Source: an uncultured Spirochaetota bacterium (GTDB lineage: Bacteria; Spirochaetota; Brevinematia; Brevinematales; JAOACQ01). From it: a DNA stretch of 64,000 nt. The notes under the pieces were generated by a model. It did no database searches. It was given only the letters and a program-made list of their open reading frames with translations, and was not told where the DNA came from. This document shows, one piece after another, positions 47,606 through 58,482 of the stretch. Numbering within the stretch: the stretch's first letter is position 1; the number at the start of each line of letters is the position of its first letter. Both the position numbers and the translations under genes were made by a program. The stretch is from positions 480,001 to 544,000 of the forward strand of contig CAVYGN010000001.1 of NCBI GenBank assembly GCA_963768055.1, given 5' to 3'.

Positions 47606-49711
47606 ATGGAAAACAGATGCGATTTCGATTCGCAGAGGATTAATTTCTGGAATAATACTTATAATCTTATTAAGCATTTAAGTTACAAAGTATATGTCAA
47701 TTTCGATTGGGCAACATTCAAGGATAGAAAATTCCCCGTCATAGGCGCCGTGCATATAGACAATCTGGCCATGCTAAAAAAGAGCCTTTTGGATAACCAA
47801 ATCTTTATAACGAATATCCTGACACCTCATTACAGGGGGGTTTATTTTGAATCCTCCCCGGAATGCGCCGGGTTGTTTATAGCCCTGACAAAAGAGACGG
47901 ACACATTTAAACAAGATTTCGGTGAACTCAGGGATTTTGGAAGGGAGCATAATATCGATGGACTGGCTTTAATCGATGAATTATCCAAATCACTTCTTCT
48001 GACTAATATCGGCTTTCTATTATATGATATGGCCGGTATCTATAATCAGGACTTCCGGGAGATACAATCTGTTAACGATATAGATCCTTCGAAGATATTT
48101 TTCTGGTACAAAATCTGCGGCGTTATAAAAACAGCGGAAACTTCTGTAAATAATTTCAAGGTCATAATTGACCCCTATTGGAAAACTTTTCAAGATAGAA
48201 AATTCCCGGTCATAGGTACTGTACATATAGATGATTTGAAAGTTTTAAAAAAAAGCCTGTCTGACAATCACCTGCTTGTAAGCGACCTCCGGACCCGTCA
48301 TTATAGGGGAATCTATTTTGAATCCTCCCCGGAATGCGCCGGGTTGTTTATAGCACCTATAAAGGAGACAGATACATTTAAACAAAATCTCGGTGAACTC
48401 AGGGCTTTTGGAATGGAGAATAATATAGAGAGTTTGTATCTGATGGATGAGTTATCTGAAGAAATTTTATTGAATAATATTGAGTATATGTTAAATAGTA
48501 TGGCCGGGATCAGTCATAAGGATTTTATTGAAATACAATCGGGAAATGCCTGTTTCAATCCCTTAAAAACGGCTTTCTGGTGTGACATCTATTCTTTGAT
48601 TAAGCGGAACAAATATTCGGTTTATTTGGATTTTGACTGGCAGACTTTTAAAAAGCGAAAATTACCCGTCGTCGGATCGATAAAAACAAGCGATATTGAA
48701 CTTTTAAGAAATCGACTGGAGGAATTTAAATTTGAAACAAACGTTATTAAGACCTTAAATTATTCGATCCTCTATTTTGAATCTGACAGTGATTTATCCG
48801 GTCTATTTTTATCCTTTAAAGATGAAGCGGCGGATATGGACCTGCGTATTATCGATTCAGACCTTGAGTTTACAATCCTGTCAGAACTAAGAAATGCAGG
48901 CAGGAAGCATCGCCTTGAAAATCTGTTTAACCTGGATTTTTTATCGAGCTCCCTGATTAAGCGGTGCCTGGAACAGAATATTGCGGAAATCCTGGGAATC
49001 CCTCTGGATGAAATCAGGGTCATCACGTATAAAAACAGCCATCTTGAATACATAAGAAATTATCTGGATTACAAAAACAAAAGAAAAGATCCCCGTCATG
49101 ATATTAGCCATAAAAGCAATAAGACACTGGAGGAGAATATCAATTTCTTCAGTGCCGTTTATTACCTGGAAATCGAACTAATATCGGAAATCCTGAAAGG
49201 ACAATCTGTTTCCATGCATGATGTCGGTACGAATGTCGCCCAGTTCCCTCTTTTATTGAGCGCCCTTTCCTGTGAAGAGTTATTCGGGCTGGAAATTTCT
49301 CGAATTATCGCTTCAGATATCGCCTGGACAGGAGAAGGGTATATTAAAAATATCTTAAAGGATAATGAACGGTATAGACCGATCAGTTTTATCAAACTTG
49401 ATTTGATGAACGAAATTCAAAATTCTCCCGTAGCTGATGTAGTCATAGCGAATGATGTTTTGGAACACCTGCCTGATGAAGAGGCCTCTTTTTCGGTATT
49501 ATCAGGGCTCTGGGAAAAAACAGGAAAGCTTATGATAGCCCATGTCCCGATTGAAGACACACCCAATCCGCTATGGGATCATCATGTAACTTTTAATGAA
49601 AAAAAAATACGGAATTGGGTAAACCGGCTGCCGGGGACATCTAAACGATATTACAGCGGTAAAAAGCAGACCCTTACACGTTATGGATTTTTTATTGTTT
49701 CAAAAATATAA
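47606..49711 (+). CDS. paralogue with 3 copies of the ~155-aa unit and a methyltransferase-like domain
   Basis: Near-identical MENRCDFD start; unit x3; MHDVGTN, IIASD, DVVIANDVLEHL. Confidence 0.7.
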   Translation: MENRCDFDSQRINFWNNTYNLIKHLSYKVYVNFDWATFKDRKFPVIGAVHIDNLAMLKKSLLDNQIFITNILTPHYRGVYFESSPECAGLFIALTKETDTFKQDFGELRDFGREHNIDGLALIDELSKSLLLTNIGFLLYDMAGIYNQDFREIQSVNDIDPSKIFFWYKICGVIKTAETSVNNFKVIIDPYWKTFQDRKFPVIGTVHIDDLKVLKKSLSDNHLLVSDLRTRHYRGIYFESSPECAGLFIAPIKETDTFKQNLGELRAFGMENNIESLYLMDELSEEILLNNIEYMLNSMAGISHKDFIEIQSGNACFNPLKTAFWCDIYSLIKRNKYSVYLDFDWQTFKKRKLPVVGSIKTSDIELLRNRLEEFKFETNVIKTLNYSILYFESDSDLSGLFLSFKDEAADMDLRIIDSDLEFTILSELRNAGRKHRLENLFNLDFLSSSLIKRCLEQNIAEILGIPLDEIRVITYKNSHLEYIRNYLDYKNKRKDPRHDISHKSNKTLEENINFFSAVYYLEIELISEILKGQSVSMHDVGTNVAQFPLLLSALSCEELFGLEISRIIASDIAWTGEGYIKNILKDNERYRPISFIKLDLMNEIQNSPVADVVIANDVLEHLPDEEASFSVLSGLWEKTGKLMIAHVPIEDTPNPLWDHHVTFNEKKIRNWVNRLPGTSKRYYSGKKQTLTRYGFFIVSKI

Positions 49712-49726
49712 ACAAAGGAACATGAC

Positions 49727-50860
49727 ATGAAATACAGCTTTGTGATATCAACCCGCAATAATAACGAGTTTCTAAAAAACACCCTTGAGGCTTTAAATTA
49801 TCAGCATGGTTTCGGACATTATAATGTCATATTGGTTGATGAAGGTTCTTCTGACTATGCTAACGTCAGGGGAACAAACCGCAACTATGAATTGAAATAT
49901 TTTCACATTGAACGCTGCAGAGATTCATTCGGGGCACGGGCCAGGAACTACGGCTGGAAGCAGGCAGACGGGGATATAATTGTCTTTATCGATTCGGACA
50001 TAATAGTCAGGCCGGATTACCTCGATGAACTGGACAGGTGTTTCGGTATGAGCGGCGATATCGCCGTGATAGGGAACATGCTTCTTCCTAAAACCAGGAT
50101 TAAATACAGTGATGTTACAAGCTGCCGCATTTTTAAAAAAAATCATTTTGACAGTAAAAAGACTAATAATCTTGAGTTCAGACATTATTTATTTGAGAAA
50201 ACTTCATATAACATCAACGCCATTATCGATCCATGGATGAAGTTTAACAGCTGCAATGCCGCAATCCCCAAAAAATGGCTCGAAATAATCGGCGGTTTTG
50301 ATGAATCTTTTATCGGACGCGGATTTGAGGATATTGATCTGGGTTATGTTTTATCAGATATGAAACTGCAAATCGTCATCGATCCGAAATTGGAAGTGAT
50401 CCGCCAATATCATGGCAAAAGCAATAATTTTGTAATAAATAATGAGAACATGGAGGAATATGACAGAAACATGGGACTTTTTTTAGCCAAGCATCCTGAT
50501 GCTCTCAAGCTGCTCAGTGAAGCGGCATATATTTTATCGAAGGGGAAAATCTCCTATAAAGAAACGCTATCGGATGATGGCGTGAGGAATATTGTATTGG
50601 ATTTCAAGGAAAAAAAACTATTGGGCGATTTTAAAACCATGATTCTGAAGTCATTGACAAAAAAAAATACACTATTAATTATCCAGGATTATGTTGAAAA
50701 GACTGATCTGGATATCTGGTTACAGTTGCCCAAAGATAATGGAATTATAAAAGCAAGATACTACCCTATGTCGAAAAGGATTGACCAAAAAGAGGCTGAT
50801 AGTTTTCTGAGAAAAAATATTAATACTATGCGTTTTTTGATTCAAGGGAGAGTGGATTGA
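49727..50860 (+). CDS. GT2 glycosyltransferase (degenerate paralogue)
   Basis: ARARN, FIDSD, GGFDE, ED; altered VISTRN/VDEGS motifs. Confidence 0.82.
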   Translation: MKYSFVISTRNNNEFLKNTLEALNYQHGFGHYNVILVDEGSSDYANVRGTNRNYELKYFHIERCRDSFGARARNYGWKQADGDIIVFIDSDIIVRPDYLDELDRCFGMSGDIAVIGNMLLPKTRIKYSDVTSCRIFKKNHFDSKKTNNLEFRHYLFEKTSYNINAIIDPWMKFNSCNAAIPKKWLEIIGGFDESFIGRGFEDIDLGYVLSDMKLQIVIDPKLEVIRQYHGKSNNFVINNENMEEYDRNMGLFLAKHPDALKLLSEAAYILSKGKISYKETLSDDGVRNIVLDFKEKKLLGDFKTMILKSLTKKNTLLIIQDYVEKTDLDIWLQLPKDNGIIKARYYPMSKRIDQKEADSFLRKNINTMRFLIQGRVD

Positions 50861-50861
50861 A

Positions 50862-51959
50862 ATGACGGATAATACAGTATCGATACTATGCTCCGGAGTC
50901 GCGCTCGGTGTGTATATACCCGCGCTTCTGACTGATTATCAATTGCGGGAGCTCGGCGTGAAAACCGAACTCCTGGTATTGGAGAACTTATTAAAAGAGG
51001 ATAAAAGGAAAATAATAAGGGAAAGCAAAAAGGCTTTCCACGGCAGTTTCAGGGTAGCTCTGGCGGGGCAGAAGATGGCCAGGGACTTAAAACCTAATTT
51101 TGATTCCAGGGCCGTTTATGATTTATTCAAGCTCTGGGATAAAGAAAACCGGAGGCGCTTCATTGTCTTTTCGGGTTTCTGGCTTTCAGTGTTAAAGGAG
51201 TACTGTGGAACGGCCGGTCAGGAAGGCTTATGTATCGAGATAGTCCATATGGACGCCGCCGTTTCGGCATCATGGAAACTCTTCATGGAAGAGAGCAAAG
51301 CCTTTAATAATATATGGATATTCGGCCGGAAGGGTAACAATCTGGCCTATGAAATACCGGTCGGGGGAAAAAAGCCCGAGGCATACGGGGAGAGGCCTGA
51401 CCGGTATGTTATACATGGCGGGGGCTGGGGGATGGGCACTTACCAGGGCAGGATCCCCGAACTTACAGACATGGGATTTAATCTTGATATTGTCGCATAT
51501 TACATAGAAGAGGCGCTGGAAAGGGTAAAGGGCAGAAGGTATTATATGGTGGACCCGGAATGGCAGCCATGGACGGAAAACAGTGAGGGCCGCTATGAAT
51601 TCCCGCCGTTCGGGGAGATCGGGGTAAATATAAATATATCATATAAAAACAAGACGGAATACCATGAACTCTTTGATGTGATAAGGAAGAGCAGGGCGGT
51701 AATTAGCAAGCCCGGGGGGGCGACCCTGATGGATTCTCTGGCTTCGGCCACGCCCTTGGTCATGCTTGAGCCGTTCGGTGATTATGAGAGGAAAAACTCC
51801 GAGTTGTGGGAAGGCCTGGGATACGGGATCCCGTACGAAAAATGGAAGAGTTCGGGATTTTCATCCGTGGTGCTGGAGAAACTGCATAAAAATCTTATGA
51901 AAGCCGGGGGGAAGCTGGTTAATTATCCCCGGGATTATTTCGAGAGGAATTTTAAATGA
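50862..51959 (+). CDS. GT-B fold glycosyltransferase-like protein (UDP-glucuronosyltransferase/MGDG-synthase-like)
   Basis: SGVALGVYIP, HGGGWGMG, ISKPGGATLMDSL, PFGDYE..N. Confidence 0.72.
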   Translation: MTDNTVSILCSGVALGVYIPALLTDYQLRELGVKTELLVLENLLKEDKRKIIRESKKAFHGSFRVALAGQKMARDLKPNFDSRAVYDLFKLWDKENRRRFIVFSGFWLSVLKEYCGTAGQEGLCIEIVHMDAAVSASWKLFMEESKAFNNIWIFGRKGNNLAYEIPVGGKKPEAYGERPDRYVIHGGGWGMGTYQGRIPELTDMGFNLDIVAYYIEEALERVKGRRYYMVDPEWQPWTENSEGRYEFPPFGEIGVNINISYKNKTEYHELFDVIRKSRAVISKPGGATLMDSLASATPLVMLEPFGDYERKNSELWEGLGYGIPYEKWKSSGFSSVVLEKLHKNLMKAGGKLVNYPRDYFERNFK

Positions 51960-51974
51960 AGACAGGAGAACCCG

Positions 51975-53147
51975 ATGCAGCCTGAAACAGAAGTAAAGTT
52001 CGACCGCGCGACATTTATGAGGATCAAAAGGACGATCCGGAATATGTCCATAGGAAAAAACAATCTAAAGAGGGACCCCGAGTTTGCTTTGCGCCTTCCC
52101 GATGAAGTAGGGATACAGCTGACAAACCGCTGCAATCTCAGGTGCAAACACTGCTTCCAGTGGAATGACACAGGCTTCCATAACCTCTTTGATGAAAGCG
52201 CCAGGAGCGGTGAACTGGATATAGATATCTTTAAAAAGATACTGGCCGAAACATCGGAAGTAAAATCGAACCTTTACCTCTGGGGGGGCGAGCCGTTGTG
52301 CTACAGCGAATGGGACAGGCTTTCTAACACCCTTGAAAAGGACCCGCGCTGGACGGTTTTATGCACCAACGGGATAGATATTGAAAAGAGGCTTGATCCA
52401 ATCATAAAAATATCCCCGGACCTGGCGATGCTTATCAGCCTGGACGGTTTCAGCGAGGAAAACGACTCTGTCAGGGGAAAGGGGACATACAGGAAAGTCA
52501 TTGACAATATCAGTCTGCTGATCGGGCTTAAAAAGAAAAATGTCTATAAGGGTGAACTTTCCGTTAATTGCGTGATAAGCGTCGCCATGGCCGGAAAGCT
52601 CTATGATTTCGCCGTGATGCTCGAGGAAATAGGGATCAACTCATTGTATTTCTGTTTTCCATGGTATATTTCCGGCAGCACATCGCTCAGGATGAACAGG
52701 TTCTTCAGGGAAAATTTCAGCTGGCTCCGCAGCCTGGATAAAACTCATCCCCCGAGCTGGCATTCCTACAGGTACAATCTTGACGCCGGGGTTCTTGATG
52801 AGCTGACGCAAGATCTTGATAGGATCGGTGGGCGGGTATGGAAGATGAGGCTCCGATACCAGCCGGCACTGGAAACCTGCGAGATAAAAGGGTTTATCAA
52901 CGGCAAAGAAAAACCGGCCCAGGGAAGGTCGCGATGCGTCGGCATTACAAACCGGATGAATGTAATGCCGGACGGAAGGGTTACGGTATGCAAGCTCTTT
53001 CCGGAATTCGAGATAGGAAACCTGAATAAAAACAGCGTAACCGGAATCTGGAACAGTCCCGATTTTAAAAAAGCAAGAGGTATCATCAGCCGGGGTCTGA
53101 TGCCGGTCTGCTCGAAATGCGTCCTTTTATACCTGCATGGAGTCTAA
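51975..53147 (+). CDS. radical SAM/SPASM-twitch enzyme
   Basis: NRCNLRCKHC, WGGEP, CTNG, SLDG; C...DG.VTVC...IGN...W...CSKC. Confidence 0.92.
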   Translation: MQPETEVKFDRATFMRIKRTIRNMSIGKNNLKRDPEFALRLPDEVGIQLTNRCNLRCKHCFQWNDTGFHNLFDESARSGELDIDIFKKILAETSEVKSNLYLWGGEPLCYSEWDRLSNTLEKDPRWTVLCTNGIDIEKRLDPIIKISPDLAMLISLDGFSEENDSVRGKGTYRKVIDNISLLIGLKKKNVYKGELSVNCVISVAMAGKLYDFAVMLEEIGINSLYFCFPWYISGSTSLRMNRFFRENFSWLRSLDKTHPPSWHSYRYNLDAGVLDELTQDLDRIGGRVWKMRLRYQPALETCEIKGFINGKEKPAQGRSRCVGITNRMNVMPDGRVTVCKLFPEFEIGNLNKNSVTGIWNSPDFKKARGIISRGLMPVCSKCVLLYLHGV

Positions 53148-53160
53148 GAGGAGATATGAT

Positions 53161-54309
53161 ATGAAGTTCAGTTTCGTAATTCCGACTTACAATAATAAGT
53201 ATCTTCTGAACAATACTCTTGAAGCCCTGAATAGCCAGATCTATCCTGGGTCGGGCGAGTATGAGGCTGTCGTAGTGGATGACGGCTCGACAGATGACAC
53301 GCATGATTATATAGAAGGGGTTAATAAAAATTACAGCCTGAAATATTATTACCTTGAGAGGGACAAAAATTCATGCCGTGCGAAGACAAGAAATAAAGGG
53401 TGGAAAAACGCGTCCGGGGAAATCATCGCATTTATAGATTCGGATATTTTAGTCAAACCCGACTATCTATATGAACTGAACAGGTGCTTTTCAATAAACC
53501 GGGATATTCTGGTGCTGGGTAACAGGCTGATGCTGGATAAGCCTGTAACCCCGTCGGAAGTCTCGTCGGGGGAAGTGTTCAAAAAATTCAATTTCGACAA
53601 AAACAAACTGAGCCTGCTTGAATACAGGTATTTTTTATATGAAACGACATCCTACAACGCCAATATGATCATGCTGCCATGGACGCAGGTGTACAGCTGC
53701 AACATGGCTGTCTCAAAGAAATGGCTGGAATCAGCCGGGGGATTCGATGAGAATTTTAAAAGCTGGGGAGTGGAGGATATCGAGCTGGGGTACGCGTTAT
53801 ACGAGAAAAAAGTCGGGATCGTGATCAACTCGAAACTGGAAGTCCTTCACCAGAATCATGGCGACCGCAACGACCTGATCATCAGCGAGGATAAAATCGC
53901 GGGTTACGACAGGAACCTTGAATACTTCTTTGACAAGCATCCGGACGCTGTAAAGATGAGGAAGAAATTCGCGTTCAAGTTCCTGAAGGGGGAAATCTCG
54001 GACGACAAAATGTTCATGGATAAGTCTGTAAATTATATCAAGGTGGATTTCAAAAATAAATACGAGCTCGAATTCATAAAAGACATTGTAATTAAAATGT
54101 CAACCGGGAAGAAGTACATACCGGTCATAAACGACTACAATGAAAAGACAGACCTTGATATCTGGCTTCAACATCAGTCCGGCGATGATTTACGGCGGGC
54201 AAAATATTACCCGATGTCAAAGCGCCTTGACAGGGACAAGATGATGCGATTCCTTAAAATCGAAAAGGAAAGGCAGAAACAGGCAGTCTCAAAGACAATT
54301 GAAAGATAG
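53161..54309 (+). CDS. GT2 glycosyltransferase
   Basis: VIPTYN, VDDGSTD, FIDSD, GGFDE, WGVEDIE, VLHQNH. Confidence 0.92.
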   Translation: MKFSFVIPTYNNKYLLNNTLEALNSQIYPGSGEYEAVVVDDGSTDDTHDYIEGVNKNYSLKYYYLERDKNSCRAKTRNKGWKNASGEIIAFIDSDILVKPDYLYELNRCFSINRDILVLGNRLMLDKPVTPSEVSSGEVFKKFNFDKNKLSLLEYRYFLYETTSYNANMIMLPWTQVYSCNMAVSKKWLESAGGFDENFKSWGVEDIELGYALYEKKVGIVINSKLEVLHQNHGDRNDLIISEDKIAGYDRNLEYFFDKHPDAVKMRKKFAFKFLKGEISDDKMFMDKSVNYIKVDFKNKYELEFIKDIVIKMSTGKKYIPVINDYNEKTDLDIWLQHQSGDDLRRAKYYPMSKRLDRDKMMRFLKIEKERQKQAVSKTIER

Positions 54310-54320
54310 GAAAGGTTTAT

Positions 54321-56099
54321 ATGAAGAATTCTGATTATTCCGAAGAAGCTGTTAAGGGAAAAAAATATTCGATAAAAGAAATGTTCGGAATATTCCTTCC
54401 CCAGTTCAGGAAATATATTAAACCTCACATTGGTCTTTTATTGCAGGCCGTATTTTGTCTTTTTATTTTAAACATGCTCTGGCTGATGCTTCCTTTTTTC
54501 CAAAAGCATTTTATAGATGACGGTCTGATAGGTAAGAATTTTGATCTTCTGCTTAAAATCGTTATCGCTATGATGTTAACTCAGCTTTTAACCGCAACAA
54601 TATTTACCATGTGGGAATATCTCTACAACTTTCTTTCGGGCAGGCTTTGTTATAATGTCGAAAAAGATCTGTATTTTCATATCCTCAAACTGCCCATGTC
54701 GTATTTTGACAGTCACAGGGCGGGAGAGCTTCTGAAAAGGGTGCTGGATTCTTTATCGCTCCTGAATATAATCAATATTTTTCTCTTTGATATACTCAAT
54801 AATTTTTTTGTCATTATCATAGGTATATCAGCCGGATTATTGATAAGCCCTATTCTCGTTTTAATCAGCTTGATCTTTATCCCTATTTCTCTGACAAACA
54901 ATCATTTCCAGGGAAAGGTTTCAAGGAAAAATGAAGAGGAAAGGTGGGATGTCGACAGGGCTTTAAACTCGGAGCAAACGGAAGCCCTGGTAGGCATCAG
55001 GACTATCAAGGCATTCGGAATAGAGTTAAAAGTTTACAGGAAGTATATGCTTTTAAGGCTTAAATACAGGCAGATAGAGTTTAAATTCAAAAGAAAATAT
55101 GTCGGCCTGAATATTGTGAATAATTTTTTTGGAAGCCTTGAAAATTTCCTCATTATGATAACCGCGGGTTTTTTAGTCATCGGAGGGAAATTGACAATAG
55201 GCGACTGGATGGCTTACCAGATAATCATTTCAAGGGTCACTACGCCCCTGAAACAGCTCATAGACGTCAATGTCAAACTGCAGACAAATATAGTTACCTT
55301 AAAACGTCTGGACGACCTGATCCAGGAGCAGGAAGAAAAGCATCTGATGAATAAAGACCTCAGATTGACAAAGGGGACTATTGTATTTAAAGATGTAAGT
55401 TTCAGCTACGCTAATAACAGCAATATATTAAGCGGAATAAACTTTAAAATTGATAAAGGGAAGTCCCTGGCGCTGGTGGGCAGAAGCGGTGTGGGAAAAT
55501 CCACACTGGCAAATCTTATCCTTAACTTTTACCTGCCGACTTCAGGGGAAATCCTGATAGATGATGTGAATATTAGGGAATATAATGTAAGAAACCTCCG
55601 GGATGATATTTCCATGGTCCTGCAGGACACCTACCTGTTTTCAGGGACAATAATGGATAATCTCAAACTCTGCTCGGCGTCAAAAGATTACAGCGAGATT
55701 GAAGAAGCCTGCAGGATAGCATACGCTCATGAATTTATAATCGATCTTCCGAAGGGGTATAATACCGAGGTAGGCGAGCGCGGGACGAAACTCTCGGGAG
55801 GCCAGAAACAGAGAGTGGCGCTGGCCCAGGCGATATTAAAAAAGCCGAAAATCCTTATTTTAGACGAGGCGACCAGTCATCTCGACATCGAGACCGAACA
55901 GAAAGTCCAGGAGGCGTTTCATTATTTAATTCAAAAAAGTACATCCATTATTATTGCCCATCGATTATCCACGATTAAAAATGCTAATATTATAGCGGTG
56001 CTTGAAGAAGGAAGAATAGTTGAAACGGGTACGCATGATGATTTAATAGAAAAAGATTCATATTATAAAAAAATGTATACCAGTTATCTCTCAATTTAA
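54321..56099 (+). CDS. ABC exporter, fused TMD-NBD (HlyB/MsbA type, no C39 peptidase domain)
   Basis: 6-TM region; GRSGVGKS, LSGGQKQR, ILDEATS, IAHRLST. Confidence 0.95.
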   Translation: MKNSDYSEEAVKGKKYSIKEMFGIFLPQFRKYIKPHIGLLLQAVFCLFILNMLWLMLPFFQKHFIDDGLIGKNFDLLLKIVIAMMLTQLLTATIFTMWEYLYNFLSGRLCYNVEKDLYFHILKLPMSYFDSHRAGELLKRVLDSLSLLNIINIFLFDILNNFFVIIIGISAGLLISPILVLISLIFIPISLTNNHFQGKVSRKNEEERWDVDRALNSEQTEALVGIRTIKAFGIELKVYRKYMLLRLKYRQIEFKFKRKYVGLNIVNNFFGSLENFLIMITAGFLVIGGKLTIGDWMAYQIIISRVTTPLKQLIDVNVKLQTNIVTLKRLDDLIQEQEEKHLMNKDLRLTKGTIVFKDVSFSYANNSNILSGINFKIDKGKSLALVGRSGVGKSTLANLILNFYLPTSGEILIDDVNIREYNVRNLRDDISMVLQDTYLFSGTIMDNLKLCSASKDYSEIEEACRIAYAHEFIIDLPKGYNTEVGERGTKLSGGQKQRVALAQAILKKPKILILDEATSHLDIETEQKVQEAFHYLIQKSTSIIIAHRLSTIKNANIIAVLEEGRIVETGTHDDLIEKDSYYKKMYTSYLSI

Positions 56100-56112
56100 G
56101 AGGGAAATTATT

Positions 56113-57105
56113 ATGAAGAGAGAACCATTAAAATACCTTAAAGTGATTTTCATAACCGTTATTCTGCTTTTCATCACGGTTTTAACAACTTTTATTCTGA
56201 TCAACAGTATTGATTATGTTGAAGTACGGGGAGAGATCAAACCCCTGGAATTCCAGGACATCACGCCTAAAATATCGGGTATTATTAAGAAATGTTATTT
56301 TAAGGACGGCGATCCTGTCAATGCCGGAAACTTAGTCCTGGAAATGGATTCTAAAGAATACAAGCTTTCGCTGGCTTCTCTCAGCAGCAAAAGAGAATTA
56401 CTGCTTTCCAGGAACAATTTTCTGAAATCCGACATGGAATTATTTTTGATGGAGAGGTCGCTTTTTTTAAATAAATTAAAAAAGGATCTGAATGATCTGA
56501 ATATTAAAAAAAACAATGAGATGATCTCACAAAAAGAATATGACAATGAAATTTACAAACTCGAGGTAGAGGAACTTTCGGGACGTGAAAGATTATTGAC
56601 GTTTGAAAATGATCTGAAGCAATCGGCCAGGGAGATGGATTCTATTTCAGCGGATATTGACACTATTAAAGACAAAATTGACAAATGCAGGGTCGAATCT
56701 CAAATTGACGGCATCATTGTAGACGAAGACAGCAGGATCAAGGAGGGGATATACTATAATTCCGGTGAAATAATTCAAAAGATATTTGGCAACAACTCAG
56801 TCTACGCGGAAGTCTATATTCCGGACAGGAAGGTGATTAAGGTCGAGATCAACCAGAAGGTGAAATTATTTGTAGATGCTATACCTTACAGTAAATATAG
56901 AACATTTGAAGGGAGGCTTGTGAGCCTGAAAGAAACAAAAACAAGGAACCGGACTGAAGGTTATATTGGTAAAGTTTTAATTGATGACCCGTTTTTTAAA
57001 ATAAGAAATATTAACGATGTGCAGACTAAAAAATTGTTTTTCGGGTTAAAACTTAACGCACGCATATATACCGGGAAATGCGGCTTCCTTGATTTTTTAT
57101 ATTAA
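56113..57105 (+). CDS. HlyD-family membrane fusion protein
   Basis: Single N-terminal TM, ITPKISG..DGDPV..G lipoyl-like halves around a coiled coil, DAIPY..Y..FEG. Confidence 0.85.
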   Translation: MKREPLKYLKVIFITVILLFITVLTTFILINSIDYVEVRGEIKPLEFQDITPKISGIIKKCYFKDGDPVNAGNLVLEMDSKEYKLSLASLSSKRELLLSRNNFLKSDMELFLMERSLFLNKLKKDLNDLNIKKNNEMISQKEYDNEIYKLEVEELSGRERLLTFENDLKQSAREMDSISADIDTIKDKIDKCRVESQIDGIIVDEDSRIKEGIYYNSGEIIQKIFGNNSVYAEVYIPDRKVIKVEINQKVKLFVDAIPYSKYRTFEGRLVSLKETKTRNRTEGYIGKVLIDDPFFKIRNINDVQTKKLFFGLKLNARIYTGKCGFLDFLY

Positions 57106-57114
57106 AAGGATTTT

Positions 57115-58464
57115 ATGAGAAGGTTGAAATTAAGTATTATCATCATGATCATTTTCTTTCCCTGTGCTTTCTTCGCATTAGATCTAGAATCAGCTGTTTT
57201 AATGGCCTTAACGAACAGGGAGGATCTGTCTATTATTTCCAATCAAATAATTCTGCAGAAAAAAACAATAGAAAGCAAATTTCATGCCTTATCGCCAGCC
57301 TTTTCACTCGATCTCGGCTACAGCCAGGCGTATTATTCGAATAGTCAAATTTACTCTAACGATCTGAACTCCGGAGTTTCAATGAACTACCCCATTTATG
57401 ACGGCGGATTAAAAAATATTGAAGTGGAGGAGGAAAATGACCGTCTGAAGCTCATGGAACTGGAATACAGGATGAGAAATTCTGATGTTATATGCAGGGT
57501 GAAAAGTTATTTTTACGATATTATTCTCTATCAAACCTTGCTTGAATTGCGTAAAAAAAACCTGGAGCAGTCTCTCCTTGAAAAAAAAAATGCAGAGATT
57601 TTATTTAAGCAAAAGCTTATTGATCCGCTTGCATATAAGTCAGCCGGATATTATTCCGCAGTTTCTGAATTCCAGCTTAAACAGGCACTTAACGAGCTTG
57701 AAGAAAAAAAGGATTTCCTTAAGAATTACATCCTTTATTCCAATTTTGATAAGCTGGAGGGCAATTTACAGCAGGATGAAAGTTTTGACCTTTCTAACAA
57801 GCTGCTAGTGGACTACCGGATCGCCTATCTTCAGATTCAAAAAGAAATGATCAATCTATATTATAAAAAAACAATTGCCTCGCGGGGCTGGAAAATCGAT
57901 CTCTATTCGAGCCTTTACTGGGATTCTCTCCAATCTGATTCGCTGGGCAACTATCCGTATAATTCGGGATTTCAGAATCAGCTTATGCTTGAATTAGGAA
58001 TAAAGGCATATTTCCCGATTTCTGATGACATGTCTCTATCGGTCAAGCCGGGATCGGCTTATTCTCCCGAATTATTCTATAACGGTTTTTCGGCGAAAGG
58101 GTCCCTTCATCTTATGGATGAAAACAACTCCTTCCTTGACAGTCGGAAAGGTTATTGGAATTCAAAAAAGCAAGAGGTGGACTTGGATTACGAAATCAGG
58201 GATCTGGAATCCAAAAGAAATCAGACTCAGGATAAGCTCCAGGAATTAAAACTGGACATTTTCGCTTCTTCAAATAACATGGAATTATCATTAATGAATT
58301 ATGAAAACGTTGAGATACAATATTCGAATAACGGTAAGACCGCCAAAGAGCTGCTGGATGCAAAAATACAGAAAATAGAATCCGAGGTCAGCAATCTTCG
58401 CGCGATTTATAATTATAACTGCCTGGTCTGGAAGGCCCAGTCATTTTATTGGGCGGGGGATTGA
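57115..58464 (+). CDS. TolC-family outer membrane efflux protein
   Basis: Signal peptide, A...N start, YPIYDGG, VKSYFY, Y..G...ELLDA; follows ABC and HlyD genes. Confidence 0.75.
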   Translation: MRRLKLSIIIMIIFFPCAFFALDLESAVLMALTNREDLSIISNQIILQKKTIESKFHALSPAFSLDLGYSQAYYSNSQIYSNDLNSGVSMNYPIYDGGLKNIEVEEENDRLKLMELEYRMRNSDVICRVKSYFYDIILYQTLLELRKKNLEQSLLEKKNAEILFKQKLIDPLAYKSAGYYSAVSEFQLKQALNELEEKKDFLKNYILYSNFDKLEGNLQQDESFDLSNKLLVDYRIAYLQIQKEMINLYYKKTIASRGWKIDLYSSLYWDSLQSDSLGNYPYNSGFQNQLMLELGIKAYFPISDDMSLSVKPGSAYSPELFYNGFSAKGSLHLMDENNSFLDSRKGYWNSKKQEVDLDYEIRDLESKRNQTQDKLQELKLDIFASSNNMELSLMNYENVEIQYSNNGKTAKELLDAKIQKIESEVSNLRAIYNYNCLVWKAQSFYWAGD

Positions 58465-58482
58465 AAATATATGGAGGTAAGC

